DNA from: Basidiobolus meristosporus CBS 931.73
Lineage: Eukaryota; Fungi; Basidiobolomycota
Length of the DNA: 64,000 bases
Direction of reading: 5' to 3'
Assembly: GCA_002104905.1 (NCBI GenBank)
Contig: MCFE01000276.1
Span: 1-64,000, forward strand
A program made the translations under genes and the position numbers. This document shows positions 38,454-50,339 of this stretch, in pieces (the first letter of the stretch is position 1; each line of letters opens with the position of its first letter). Under the pieces are notes generated by a model. That model made no database searches. It was not told where the DNA came from and saw nothing but the letters and a program-made list of their open reading frames with translations.

Positions 38454-41400
38454 CCACCCATGAGAATCCAGCATATCCAAGAATCTTCCTTTGCCACAAA
38501 ATCTATCCAGTCCTTGAGAATGCCTGTCAAAATCCAGATCCCGGACTCCAGTCCTGTCCCAGCCCTAACCCTGATTGATTCCGGTGCTTCATCCTGTTTC
38601 ATTGACCAAGCCTTTGTCCAGAAGCACTCTATTCCTGTTACCTTGAAATCCTGTCCAGTCCAAGTAGAAGTTATTGATGGAAGATCACTCTCCTCTGGTG
38701 CCGTTGTGGTAGGGTAAACATACCTCCCACAGACAAGTTTATTCATATAGTCATTATGATATACTTATCCATATTTTATCTTATCAGTGTTATCCCATTC
38801 TTATTTTGCCCATATTATCAGTATTATCCCCATATAATGTTTACCCTGATTAGTTATTAGCATTAGTTATCCCAGATGTTATTCAGTTTTGTGATCAGTA
38901 GATGTATCTATATAAGGCAAGTACCCACGTCAGTACCCATGACACATGACCTAGGTCTGTGTTACCATCCCTACCATTTCAATACCATATATGGTATTTC
39001 TATGTTGCACAGGTTTCAGACTACTGATACCTGATTGGTTGAGAGTGCTGTGCCTTTTAGAACCTTCCAGGACATTCTTGGCATATTTTTAGCTCATAGT
39101 GATGTCATCAAGAATTCCACTGATACCTAGAATCTTCTAGAACCTTGTCATTAGTAATCACTTGGCAATCAGGAAAAGTATTTAAGGGAAAGCAATCTCT
39201 CATCAATAAATCATCCCTTCTATCAGTAACACTTCTACCTTATTGATTAGCAGTTGATCACTGCACCTGCCTTCAACAGTACATCTCAGACCTGCCATCA
39301 AGGAGCTTTTCAGGGTAGTGCACAAGACACACAGAGGCCTTTGGAGACACTTGGAGCACCTAGGAAGCTAGAGAAGCAGGAGCTTTTACCATAGTGACAT
39401 ATTGACAAAGACACCAGCAGTTTAGACACAGAGGTTATTGCACCCATCAGACACCTCACACACCTTGAGTTGTGTAGCTTCTCCCAGGAGTACCTCTACA
39501 GCACCACACTGTTACCCATGAAACATGCTTACTCCAGCTGTCCAGTACTGCCCACCAAGAAAGAATTGCCTTCAACATCATCAACTCACCACACTATTCT
39601 ATTGTGCTTGGAAGCTCATGGTTGAGCTACCACAATCCAAGTATTGATTGGAAATCCAAGATCCTGTCATTCACCAGATCCCACCAAGTCAACTCCATGA
39701 AATCTCCAGACCCTGATAACCGTGAAAAGACTGTTGCCAACAGTTCAAAAACCCAAGATACCTTGTCAGCTGAAGGAGCCCCCTCAGCAAATATACCAGC
39801 CAAGTACCAAGAGTTTGCCCATGTCTTTGACAAGAAGAAAGCAGAACTCCTCCCTGATCATCAGCCTTATGACTGCCCTATTGACCTTGAAGATGGAAAA
39901 GCCCCTCCATTTTGCCCAATATACAACCTCTCCCAGCCAGAGTTGAAAGAACTCCATGGTTATATTGAAGAAAACCTCCAGAAGGGTTTTATTCAGCACT
40001 CCAAATCACCTGCTGGAGCCCCAATCCTCTTTGTCAAGAAGAAGGATGGCACACTCAGAATGTGTGTGGACTACCGTGCTTTGAATAAGATCACAGTTAA
40101 GAACCGCTACCCCCTGCCCCTGATCAACACACTGTTGGATCAGCTATCTGCTGCCCAAGTCTTCACCAAGATTGACTTGAGAGGAGCTGACAATCTTGTC
40201 AGAATCAAACCCGGTGATGAATGGAAAACTGCCTTTTGCACAAGATATGGTCACTTTGAATACAAAGTAGTGCCATTTGGCCTCACCAATGCCCCTGCTG
40301 TGTTTCAACACCTCATGAATGACATATTCCGTGAATATCTTGACCAGTTTGTGGTACTCTACCTTGATAATATTCTCATATACTCCAAGAGCCAAGATGA
40401 ACATGATGAACATGTCAAGAAAGTATTGAGAAAACTAGACTCTACCGGTCTCTATGCCAAGCTAGAGAAGTGTGAATTTGACCAGAGAGAAGTGGAATTT
40501 CTTGGTTATCTCATCAGCCCTGAGGGAACAAGAATGAACCCAAAGAAAGTTGACTCAGTCCAATCCTGGAAAACTCCAAGCTCAGTCAAGGAAGTACAAT
40601 CCTTCCTGGGATTTGCCAACTTCTATTGCAGGTTCATAGCCAACTACTCCAAGATAGTCACCCCTCTGACAAAGCTTACCCAGAAGAACACACCTTTTGC
40701 CTGGAATGAGGAGCAATCCATCTCATTCAACCAACTCAAGAAATCTTTCCTGAAGGCCCCCCTGCTTGCCCACCCTGACCTTGAGAAGCAATTCATAGTG
40801 GAGATTGATGCTTCTGATTTTGCCCTTGGTGCCATACTCTCCCAGTTTGATGAGGACAATGTGTTGCACCCCATTGCATTCTACTCTTGGAAGTTTTCCC
40901 CTGCAGAGATCAACTATGATATCTATGATAAGGAGTTGCTTGCCATCATTGTAGCCTTTGAGCAATGGAGACACTACCTGGACGGTGCAAAACATAAAAT
41001 CAAAGTCTTCTGTGACCATAAGAACCTTGAGTACTTTGCAACATCCAAAGTACTAAACCGGAGACAAGCCAGATGGTCACGCTTCCTGTCCAGCTTTGAC
41101 TTTACTATCACCTACAGACCTGGTGCAAAGCAAGGAAAGCCTGATGCCCTGTCCAGAAAAAAGGAATATGCCCTGGAAGAGGGAGATGATGCCTGTTGGC
41201 AAATGGAACACCCATTGCTGAGCAAGAAACATTTTGAGATTCTTGCCACCCAGTCCTCAAATCTTGTCATCCCTTCATTCCTAGTAAGGATATCAGAATC
41301 CCAAGCCTCTGATATGACTTCCAGCTCCATCAAGAAATATCTGGAATCCCCAGTTGGGCCCCCTCCCAAGTTCCCAAACATCCAGAACCTGCATTTGGTA

Positions 41401-42764
41401 AACAACCTCATCTACAACAAGCAGCAGCTTTATGTCCCAGACCTTGCCACCCAGCTAGACATCATTAAGTCTTGGCATGATTCAATGGCTGCAGGCCACT
41501 TTGGTACTGCCAAAACCTTGAATGCTATCAAAAGAGATTTCTGATGGCCTAGAATGATAACTCTTATCAATGAATACATTCTGACTTGTGATATTTGCAA
41601 CCGTGCAAAACCAGCCAGACACCAGCCCTATGGACTTCTTCAGCCCTTGCCTATCCCAGAACACCAATGGAGATCTATATCTATGGACTTCATTACTGAC
41701 CTCCCTGAGTCATGTGGCTTCAATGCCATACTTGTAGTGGCTGACAGGCTGACCAAGATGGCTCACTTTATCCCTTGCTGTAAGAACACTGATGCAAAAG
41801 AAACTGCTGCATTAGTCCTGAAGAATATTTTCCGCCTTCATGGTATCCCCAGTGATATTGTGTCAGATAGAGGCCCACAGTTTGTGTCCAAGTTTTGGAA
41901 ACACTTCATGCAATACCTTGGTGTTCAAGTCAAGCTCTCTACTGCCTTCCATCCACAGTCTGATGGCCAGACTGAAAGAATCAACCAGATTCTAGAGCAA
42001 TACCTCCAGTGCTATATCAATTACCAGCAAGACAATTGGGTTGATCTACTCCCTGTTGCTGAGTTTGCCTACAACAACTCAAGCCATAGTGCAACCGGTT
42101 TTACACCATTCTATGCAAACTATGGATTCCACCCTCAGTTTGATATCCAGATTCCAACAAACCCAATGAGCCCACATGCGGCTGAACATGCCCAAGCAAT
42201 CCAGGACATCCAGAATACCCTCAGGGAAGAACTATCCTTAGCTCAGGAAAGCTACAAGAAATTGACAATCTAAAACGGCATCCCAGCCCTGATCTTAATG
42301 AAGAAGATTCTGTATGGCTGCTCAGAAGAAACATCAGCACCAACCGCCCTTGTGACAAATTGGATTTCAAGAAACTTGGTCCTTTCAAGATCAAGAAGAA
42401 GCTTAGCCCTATAGTATATCAGCTACAGTTACCAGCAAGTATGAAAATCCATGATACTTTCCATGTGTCCCTCCTGGAGCCATATTGTAGGAACACCTTG
42501 CCAAACCTGCAAGAAGCAAAGCCCCAAGCTATCCAGGTTGACCAACATCAAGAATTTGAAGTTAAACAGATTCTAGACTCTAAGTATATCTGGTCAAAGC
42601 TGTACTACTTAGTAGACTGGATTGGTTATGGCCCAAGTGACCAAACATGGGAACCAGCTACCCATCTCACTAATTGTCAAGAACTAGTTATCCAGTTCCA
42701 CCAACAATATCCTGCAAAACCTGCCCCAAAGGAAAAAAGAGCTTTGCCTGGAAGAGGAGAATAG
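38415..42764 (+). pseudogene. Chromovirus pol (protease, RT, RNase H, integrase, chromodomain), disrupted
   Basis: LIDSGAS; solo-LTR insertion within the protease; RT YLDD reads YLDN; stop at 41542-41544; frameshift near 42265; chromodomain YYLVDWIGYGPSDQTWEP. Confidence 0.92.
38705..39508. mobile_element. 804-bp solo LTR-like insertion of an unrelated family inside the chromovirus protease
   Basis: TGTGGT...CACCACA termini; flanks CCGT/CTGT (4-bp TSD with one CpG transition). Excision restores GGT GCC GTT ACC CAT GAA (GAVTHE). Confidence 0.85.
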
Positions 42765-43293
42765 TGTCATGATCACATGACAACCATGAGCACCTATGCC
42801 AAGTTTCAGCTTCCTAGCACAATTTCTAAGAAATTCCTTCTGGAACCTTCTACCACCTGCCAGAAAGTTCCTGACCATTCCAAACCATTGTTACACAAGG
42901 GAACATTCCATGGAAGCTTTCCATTGTATTTTCATAGTCCAGTACCATATATGGAAATACCAGGTCACATGACTTAGTCACATGATCAGGTGACCCAATC
43001 CATTTCCCCATCCTGTCTCAGTGCCGTGTCATCTATGCCATTATCCCTAGCACCATTGCTGTGCCTCACCCCACAACCCCATTAGTATTTGCTAATATCT
43101 CTCGGCATCAGTATAGCCAAAAAGTATATATAGTCCTATCCCCCCTTAAAGTATTCCTCAGTCTGATAAACACAGGTCTTGAATAAACAGCCTTGCCTTG
43201 GAAATCCGCCTTGCCTTGTTGATCCACACCTAAGTCCTTTCTTGGTCCTGCCTTGCCTAGCCCTACTCTTCTGCCTTGTGTCTATTCATAACA
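42765..43293 (+). repeat. Chromovirus 3' LTR (529 bp)
   Basis: About 98% identical to 36569-37097. Confidence 0.95.
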
Positions 43294-44609
43294 CAATGTG
43301 CCTACAACTGCATTTGCCTTAATGTCAAAGACAAATTGCTAATTCAATGCTCAAGGGCAAAAACAGGAAAGAATGCCTGGAAGACATTAGAAGACACCTA
43401 CCAGTCATGTTTAGCTGCTAAGAAGATGTATCTAGGACAAAAATTCTTTACTGCAAAGATGTAGCCAGAGAAGAAATGAAAAATCTAATTAACAGAATTA
43501 CCCTGCTGGTGGATGAGATGGAATCTGTGGGCATACCAAATGCTGAAGAGGAAGTGATTATAAACATCTTGAATAGCCCAACAGACAGGTTTCAGGGCCC
43601 TGTGTCAGCCCTAGAGTCTAGAACTGAGGATTTGACCTTAAATTATGTATGTTGAAGGCTCCTGGATGAAGAATTGAGAAAATCAAGCACTAATAAGAAG
43701 GAAGAAGAAAATGCTTTAATAAGCTACAAAAACCAACAATGGAGATACCAAAGACCCTACAAAGGCAACAGCAACCTGCTTTGCAGCTACTGCAAAAGGA
43801 AAGGACACACATCCAACAGGTGTTTTGAAAAGAGAGAAAATCAGCCAAAGAAGCCAGAATATGGAAATGCTGCAACTACAGAAGATAGACTTTTCATATC
43901 TGCACTAAACATGGCCACAAACAAGGATTCTCAGATGTGGTACATTGACTCTTGAGCATCTCAACACTTTACACACCAAGAAGAACGTTTTACCCAATAC
44001 CAAGAAATTCAAATTAACAAGGTTTTCATGGGTGACAATAGAACACTTGATGTAGTGGGAAAAGGAACTATCCAAGTAAACCTTAGAAGCAGTGAAGGAA
44101 GCCATACACTGACTTTTAAAGAAGTACTCTAGGTCCCAGAAATAGCCAAGAACCTGCTATCTGTAAGCAAGGCCAATACAGAAGGACTTAATTTCAGCTT
44201 TGACAATTCTGGATGCAGGATCACTGATCAAAAAAGTGCCAATATTGCTTTGAGTATCAGAGATCAGAATCTATACAAGTTGACTTATATTTCATCTGAT
44301 CTGAAAGCCAATAAATTAATATCAATGAAGAAGCACCAATGCTTTGGCACAGGAGATTGGGGCACATCAATTTTGATTATTTGCACAAAATGATCAAAGA
44401 TCAGCTGATTTCCAGGGTAAAAATTGATCCCCAGCTGGTTTTGAGCACTGTGGAGCCTCAAATATTGGAAACAAGCCAGAAAATTGCCCAAGAGCTTTGG
44501 GTTAATCAAAACTAAAAAAAATTGATTTAATTTATGCAGATCTGTGTGTACCTATGCAAAATTTATCCTTAGGCAGGATGAAGAGTTTAATAACTTATAT
44601 TGACTCAAC

Positions 44610-46340
44610 TTATATGTATACCCACTGCAATTGACACACTTCTAACACCTCAACTTTATGGCTTTCTGGTGTGATACTTGCAAGGTTGTCATATTACTTG
44701 TATTGCTGGCAACATATACATCTTACAAACATGTACTTGGTTGCTACCACTTTTGCAATGAATACCTCTGCAATATCTGCAGAGAACTTCTTGGTATTTG
44801 ACAAATTTATTCATTCTCCTTGATGGACTCTGGTCCCCTCTATGGATGTAAAAGGGTTCTTGTTTATGTGAAATCTGTGTTGAATGGTATAGAAACTAGC
44901 AGGTGACCAAGAGAAACCTGGCATACTTTGGCAAAGTTGTCCTAATAAAAATTAGTTGCTGGTTGCACCCAACCAAGCTTTACATTACATGAGTGACCAC
45001 CCATGCTAGAGACTGCATAGCTTCTTAATACCAAAGGGATAGGTGTCTACATGAGCATATCTGTCCTCAGTATTTTCCAACTCTTCCTGGCTGTCCTCTT
45101 TGTGCAACTCTTCATATCCATGATGAAATTGAGTGTAATACTTTTAATGAGATTGGGGTATGGTAGTATCTGCAACTTGACATGCATTTCTCTCTTCTCA
45201 CATATCTGCTCTATAGGAAACTTCAAAAGGTGAAGCAAGGTCCATTATTTGCAATACAGCAAGCAAGATGGAGTAGAGAATGGATACAGTAGTGGCTGAG
45301 GTCTACACATTCTGCTTTATGCTTATAGTATAGATACTCAAATCCCAGTACAAACCCCTTGAACAACGCTGTGAATGTGTCAAGTTGGCATTGGTGATCT
45401 GGTTCTGGATAAATATCTCTACAATGTCAGCATATGACGCCTAATGCTTTCAATGTACTCAAGGTAGAAATGGCTGCAGAAGGCCATTTGAAAAAACACA
45501 TATCTGGTTCATCGAGTCCTTGGATTGTATTGTTGCGTATGCATATTAGTTTTGATTGGAGCCTGTGTGAAGTACTTAGGGCAGCTATTACTCTGCCATA
45601 TCTTGCCAATTCTTTAAATTTTTCTGGTATCTCAATGGGCTCATTCAACTTGAAATGCCCCATGTACAATTTGGTCATCAATATGGGCATACTGATAAAG
45701 TGCAAATGGATTGCTTACAGTGGAAAGCTTTTGATCCAGCAGATACCCTCTATTGTAAGTATCTGTGCTTTCAATTAACACCATGTTGCAGCCAATGACT
45801 AATGACTTACCAACTTTGCTGCAATTGCATGCTGATTTCTGTACATACTCTCTAAGGGAAGATAATAGATTTGTTCCATTGGATAGTGCCACATTGAGCC
45901 ATGAGTGCCAAATAGTGCCATTAAGTGCCAGAAAGACATAGAAGACCTACACTTGACCACAGAGTATGAAATATTGCACTTCATTTTCATGCAAAGCAGC
46001 CCCTGTGTTTCACCCACTGTGATGGAGAAAATCCATTTTTTGACTTTTTTTTTGGATCAATGTTGTGCAGCATGTGTAAGAGCACAGAAGGACTGAAGAC
46101 ATGCATCTGGTACTCAATACCCATGGCACTATGAATCTAGCTCCTCTAGCCTGTATCATGTCATAAAAATGCATGGCACTATCTTGGTTCTTAGTGTTAG
46201 TGTCTGGAAAATAGTAATGTGTGTGAGTGATGAAGTAAGTTCCTTGGATTGGACACATCTGACAGAAAAAATGTCCATTATGCCCAGAAAAGCTGGCTAT
46301 CTTACTGATGGATGGGGTATATCCAATGCACAAAATTGGC
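44610..46340 (-). mobile_element. CMC/En-Spm (Transposase_21-like) remnant, copy B
   Basis: GHNGHFFCQMCPIQG; inverted homology to 51640-52600 and 53050-53400; interrupted by one arm of the foldback repeat. Confidence 0.75.
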
Positions 46341-47010
46341 TTGCTCCATTGGATAGCACCACACTGAGCAATGAGTACCTATCAATGCCATAGTGTGCTA
46401 GAAAGGCAAAGTCAACCTACATTTGGCCACAGGGTGTGAAAAATAGTTGTAAGACTTTATGCAAAGCAGCCACTGCGATTCACCTTCTGAGCTCAAAAAT
46501 ATACATTTTTTGGCCTTTTTTTGGATCATGTAGTCCTTGATGTGTCAGGGTGCCAAAGGACCAATGGCATGCATTTGGCACCCAGAATCTGGCTACAGCA
46601 GGTTTATAACTTGTCAAAAAATGTATGGTATTATCTTGTTCTGCTAGTACTATCTGGCACTTTAAGTGGTTTGTATAGGTTTTCCTTGAGGACAAATATT
46701 CAAACATAATGCCAGACCCTATGAGAGATGATTCTGATGATCCCATCAAAAAACTGCCACAGATTCAAAGTCCTGTGACTAAGAGGTACTGATTATGTCA
46801 GGACACCATGCAGAGACCATTGAGAAATAATTGCACCCCAGATTTTGCAAAAATTTTTATCAAAGTTTCCATCACAATAATACATTAATGGCTTTGGATC
46901 CATTACCTGCCAATATGCTCACTTTTGAACCCAGACACTTGATCACCTCCTTTGTTTGGGTACATTGATTGGCTATTATCTCATTTCACACTCCCTACTT
47001 CCTTACTCAG

Positions 47011-47742
47011 TAGACTTGTTCCATTGGATAGTGCCACATTGAGCCATGAGGGCCAAATGATGCCATAGTTTTGCAGAGAAGCCAAGTGAGCTATACTTGG
47101 CCACAGAGTGTGAAACATAGCTCTGCATTTTCATGCAAAGCAGCCCCTGAGTTTCACTATGATGCAGGGACAGAATTCCTTTTTTGATGTTTTTTTGTGG
47201 ATCAATGTTGTGCATAATGTGCAAGAACACAGAAGAACTGAAGACATGCATCTGGTACTCAATAACCATGGCATACTGAATTTAGCTCCTGTGGCTTGTA
47301 ACATGTCACAAAAATGCATGACACTATCTTGGTCCACTGATACCCTCTGGCACTATAAGTGCTTTGTATAGATCTTGCTTTGGGCCAATAATTAAATGTA
47401 GTTCCAGATAGTTCCAGTGGACCACAATAGTGCCATGGATTTTTGTGACGTGTTACAAGCCACAGAAGCTAGATTCAGAGTGCCATGGGTATTGCATATC
47501 AGATGCGTGTCTTCAATTCTTTTGTTCTCTTACACATCCTTCACAACATTGACCTAAAAAAAGGTCAAAAAATGGATTTTCTTCAACTCAATGGGTCAAG
47601 CATAGGGGCTGCTTTGCATGAAGATGCAGAGCTATGTTTCACACTCTGCGGCCAAGTATAGGTTCACTTGGCCTCCCTGGCACACTATGGCATCATTTGG
47701 CACTCATGGCTCAATGTGGCACCATCCAGCAGAGCAAGTCTA
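47011..47742. mobile_element. Foldback/MITE-like element with ~325-bp inverted arms, ~75-bp spacer and TA at both ends
   Basis: Left end TAGACTTGTTCC; right end GAGCAAGTCTA; arms 47011-47339 and 47415-47742 align along their length at roughly 80% by eye. Confidence 0.8.
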
Positions 47743-47849
47743 ATCATTTTTCTTACTTTTCATGCATACAAATTGATTCATTTCTGTTGAAACTTCAGCT
47801 ATACCTCAATTGCCAATTGTATTGACCTCTTCAAGTCCCTACATCCTAC

Positions 47850-49790
47850 ACTAACATTAAGCCCAATCTCATACTCAGCAAGTAACTCCATTAATATCTA
47901 CCACTCAAGAAGTTTTTCTGCTGCAATGCTCTGGTTCCATGACTTTGGCATGAACCCAATGGCTTTATGCAATTATTCATTCACTGGTATCCACATATCC
48001 TGGTCTTCAGCTGGCACTGCAAGGTCTAGCACCTCATCTACCAGTCATTGCCATAAGTCCTTGCAATATTCTAGTGCATTTTCTTGAGCACTGCTCTTGA
48101 AGAAGTGCTGCAATTTCTTGGTGTGCCTAATAATGTTCCAAAACTCTACTGAAGGCATTGTGGAAGTCTTTCAATCTCTTGTCATTGTAGCTTGTCTGTC
48201 AGAAGGATCTCCACTCTGTCAACAATGGAGGCTGTGGAGGCAGTGGTAGACATATTGCCTTTTTCTGCAAACTCATCTACCTTGCTGGAGTGTAGCGCAA
48301 CTGCATGCACTTCCAACTCTTGTGAGAACAACTGTTTTCTTGCTGGTCATTCTTCTTGGCTATGATAGGATTCAGTCTGCTCCAGGCTTGTGGCTTTAAT
48401 TGGCAAGAACTGCAGTTTTGTTTGTATGCCTCCCTGTCCCAGGCTTAGGTGACATTTTTACCTTTACCTTTTCCTTAATCACTGCCAGGTTTTCCACTGC
48501 TACTTTGTGTGAGTGCTTCTTGTAAAGAACTAAGTTTTCTCCTTGATAAGTTCTGCTCTGATGCATCTGTTTTGGCCTGCTTGTCCCTTGCTGGCACTCT
48601 TTGGGCAGCCTGATGTTTCTTTACCACTTGTTTCAAGCTCTCAACCATAGCTGCAATGGGCTCCTGTAAAAGCTGCTGGTTTTATCACTGCCAGGTCCTC
48701 TGCTGCCACTTTGACTAAGTGCTTCTTGAGTGGTAATACACCTTTACCTTGATAAATGTTGTGCTGGTGGATCCACGTCTGCCTGCTTGTTCCTAATTGG
48801 CACTCTTCCAGCAACATTACATCTCTCTGATGCTTATCTGGAGCTTTTGGTCATGCTTGAAATGGGCTCTTGAGGAAGCCAATGGTTTTTAGCCATTGAA
48901 CCCTTGTTCTACCGCCTTTGATAGTTTCTGCTATTCTTAAGATACTTTCTTAGCAAACAAATGCTGGCCTAAGATCCATTTTCCGGTTTGAATCCTGAAT
49001 AATACTCAAGGAACAAGTCAAGTGCATTCTGCTTGGCCTTGAGTTCCTGATAGTCCCATGGTATGCCAGCCTTAAGGTGGTGGCAGTCTAGACTTCTGAC
49101 AGTCTCTTAAATAATAGACCACTCTTCATTACCACACTCAACAGCTTCACAGATCTTTAATGTCTTTTGATTTTTTGGCTTTGATATAAACTTCACATTG
49201 TCTTGCTCCCATGCTGTGATAGGTTTTTTGGTAGGCTTTATCTTTTGGCACTGTTGTTGTGCTTCAGAGACTGAATGGTGCTCCTCTATTGTTACATTGG
49301 GAAATGGCATAATTCTTGGCTGTGACATTGAGCTGCTTGAGTTGCTTCTTTGCAGCAGAAGATACTGCTTTCTCTATCTGGGATATTGATTGCTCTTCAT
49401 GTATCATCCACTCATCCTATTTATGGACTATAGCCTGATTTCCCTGGGCCATTGCATCTATGCTATCAGCCACTAAACCTAATTGCTTCATTAATGCTAT
49501 GGTACAGGTCAACAACATATTTGCTAATATGGGTAGTGGTGATATTATGACAGTTACTTCATGGTCTTCAACTGAGAGTACTGTGTTTGCTAAATTCTCA
49601 TCAGCCTGAGCATGACAGTCAGCTTGTGGCTCTACAGAGGGTCCCAATTGCCTACTTGACTGGGAGCATGAGGAGCCCACATTATCATCTTCAATGCATA
49701 TACTGTCCACAGGGCCTTTTTTGGATGTAGCCCTGCTTTTTGCACTAAATGTCAAAGCAGGCTGTTGTCCAACCATTCTTCTGTTGTTAT
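47850..49790 (-). repeat. Unclassified decayed repeat with coding remnants and an internal ~206-bp duplication
   Basis: CpG-free; units start at 48481 and 48687; a deleted second copy lies at ~53940-54115. Confidence 0.5.
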
Positions 49791-50139
49791 TGTTGTCAGA
49801 GTCTTGGAGATATTGGAAGTGATTTGGAGAACAAGTGGATTATGTGGTTTTCACTTAATGATTTATTGATTGTAAAAGTAGTATTTATACTTTTACCTGG
49901 TCTTGGCATAACAAACACATAGAATAGGTTAAGGAAGGTCCCAAGAACATGTGTGCAAAGTTTGGGGCTGTCTGGACAACTTTGAGAATTTTCATGTTCT
50001 GCGTACCTGGTATTTTGGTGAAAATTTTCTAAGTAAATCCTGACAAGGAATTTGGTCAGTATTCTCTAGGATTTGAAGGTAATGATCTAAGTGACTAAGT
50101 TAGGTGCATATTTAGGTGGAATTACAAATTTTTACAACA
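49791..50139 (-). mobile_element. Copia family A solo LTR (349 bp) with perfect 5-bp TSD GTTAT
   Basis: TGTTGT...ACAACA; GTTAT at 49786-49790 and 50140-50144. Confidence 0.93.
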
Positions 50140-50339
50140 GTTATCAGTGGTGGGGTTTGGCTGGGAACCAGTCAGCTTTGCTTTATTTTTTGGCAGCATA
50201 TATATGGAAGTGATTCAAATCAAAGGGGAAATAGTGTTACATATACATGTGTATGTGGTGCCACAACTTTATTTATAATGTGTACTATGGCAGGTCATCA
50301 CTGAATCTTACATTCATGTTGGTGTAATGTCTCAAATAC

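Larger units (their letters stand above)
36569..43293 (+). mobile_element. Full-length Ty3/gypsy chromovirus (Tf1/sushi-like), defective
   Basis: Two 529-bp LTRs; 5-bp TSD CAATG (36564-36568 and 43294-43298); order gag-PR-RT-RH-IN-chromodomain; PPT GAAGAGGAGAATAG at 42751-42764. Confidence 0.96.
35998..44605 (+). mobile_element. Copia family A 5' half (LTR, PBS, gag, protease, pre-integrase, integrase start), interrupted by a chromovirus and truncated at ~44605
   Basis: Gag KLNGSNYQVWRVKMK; gag resumes after 43293; zinc knuckle CSYCKRKGHTSNRC; protease WYIDS(G>stop)AS; LWHRRLGH; many stops. Confidence 0.88.
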
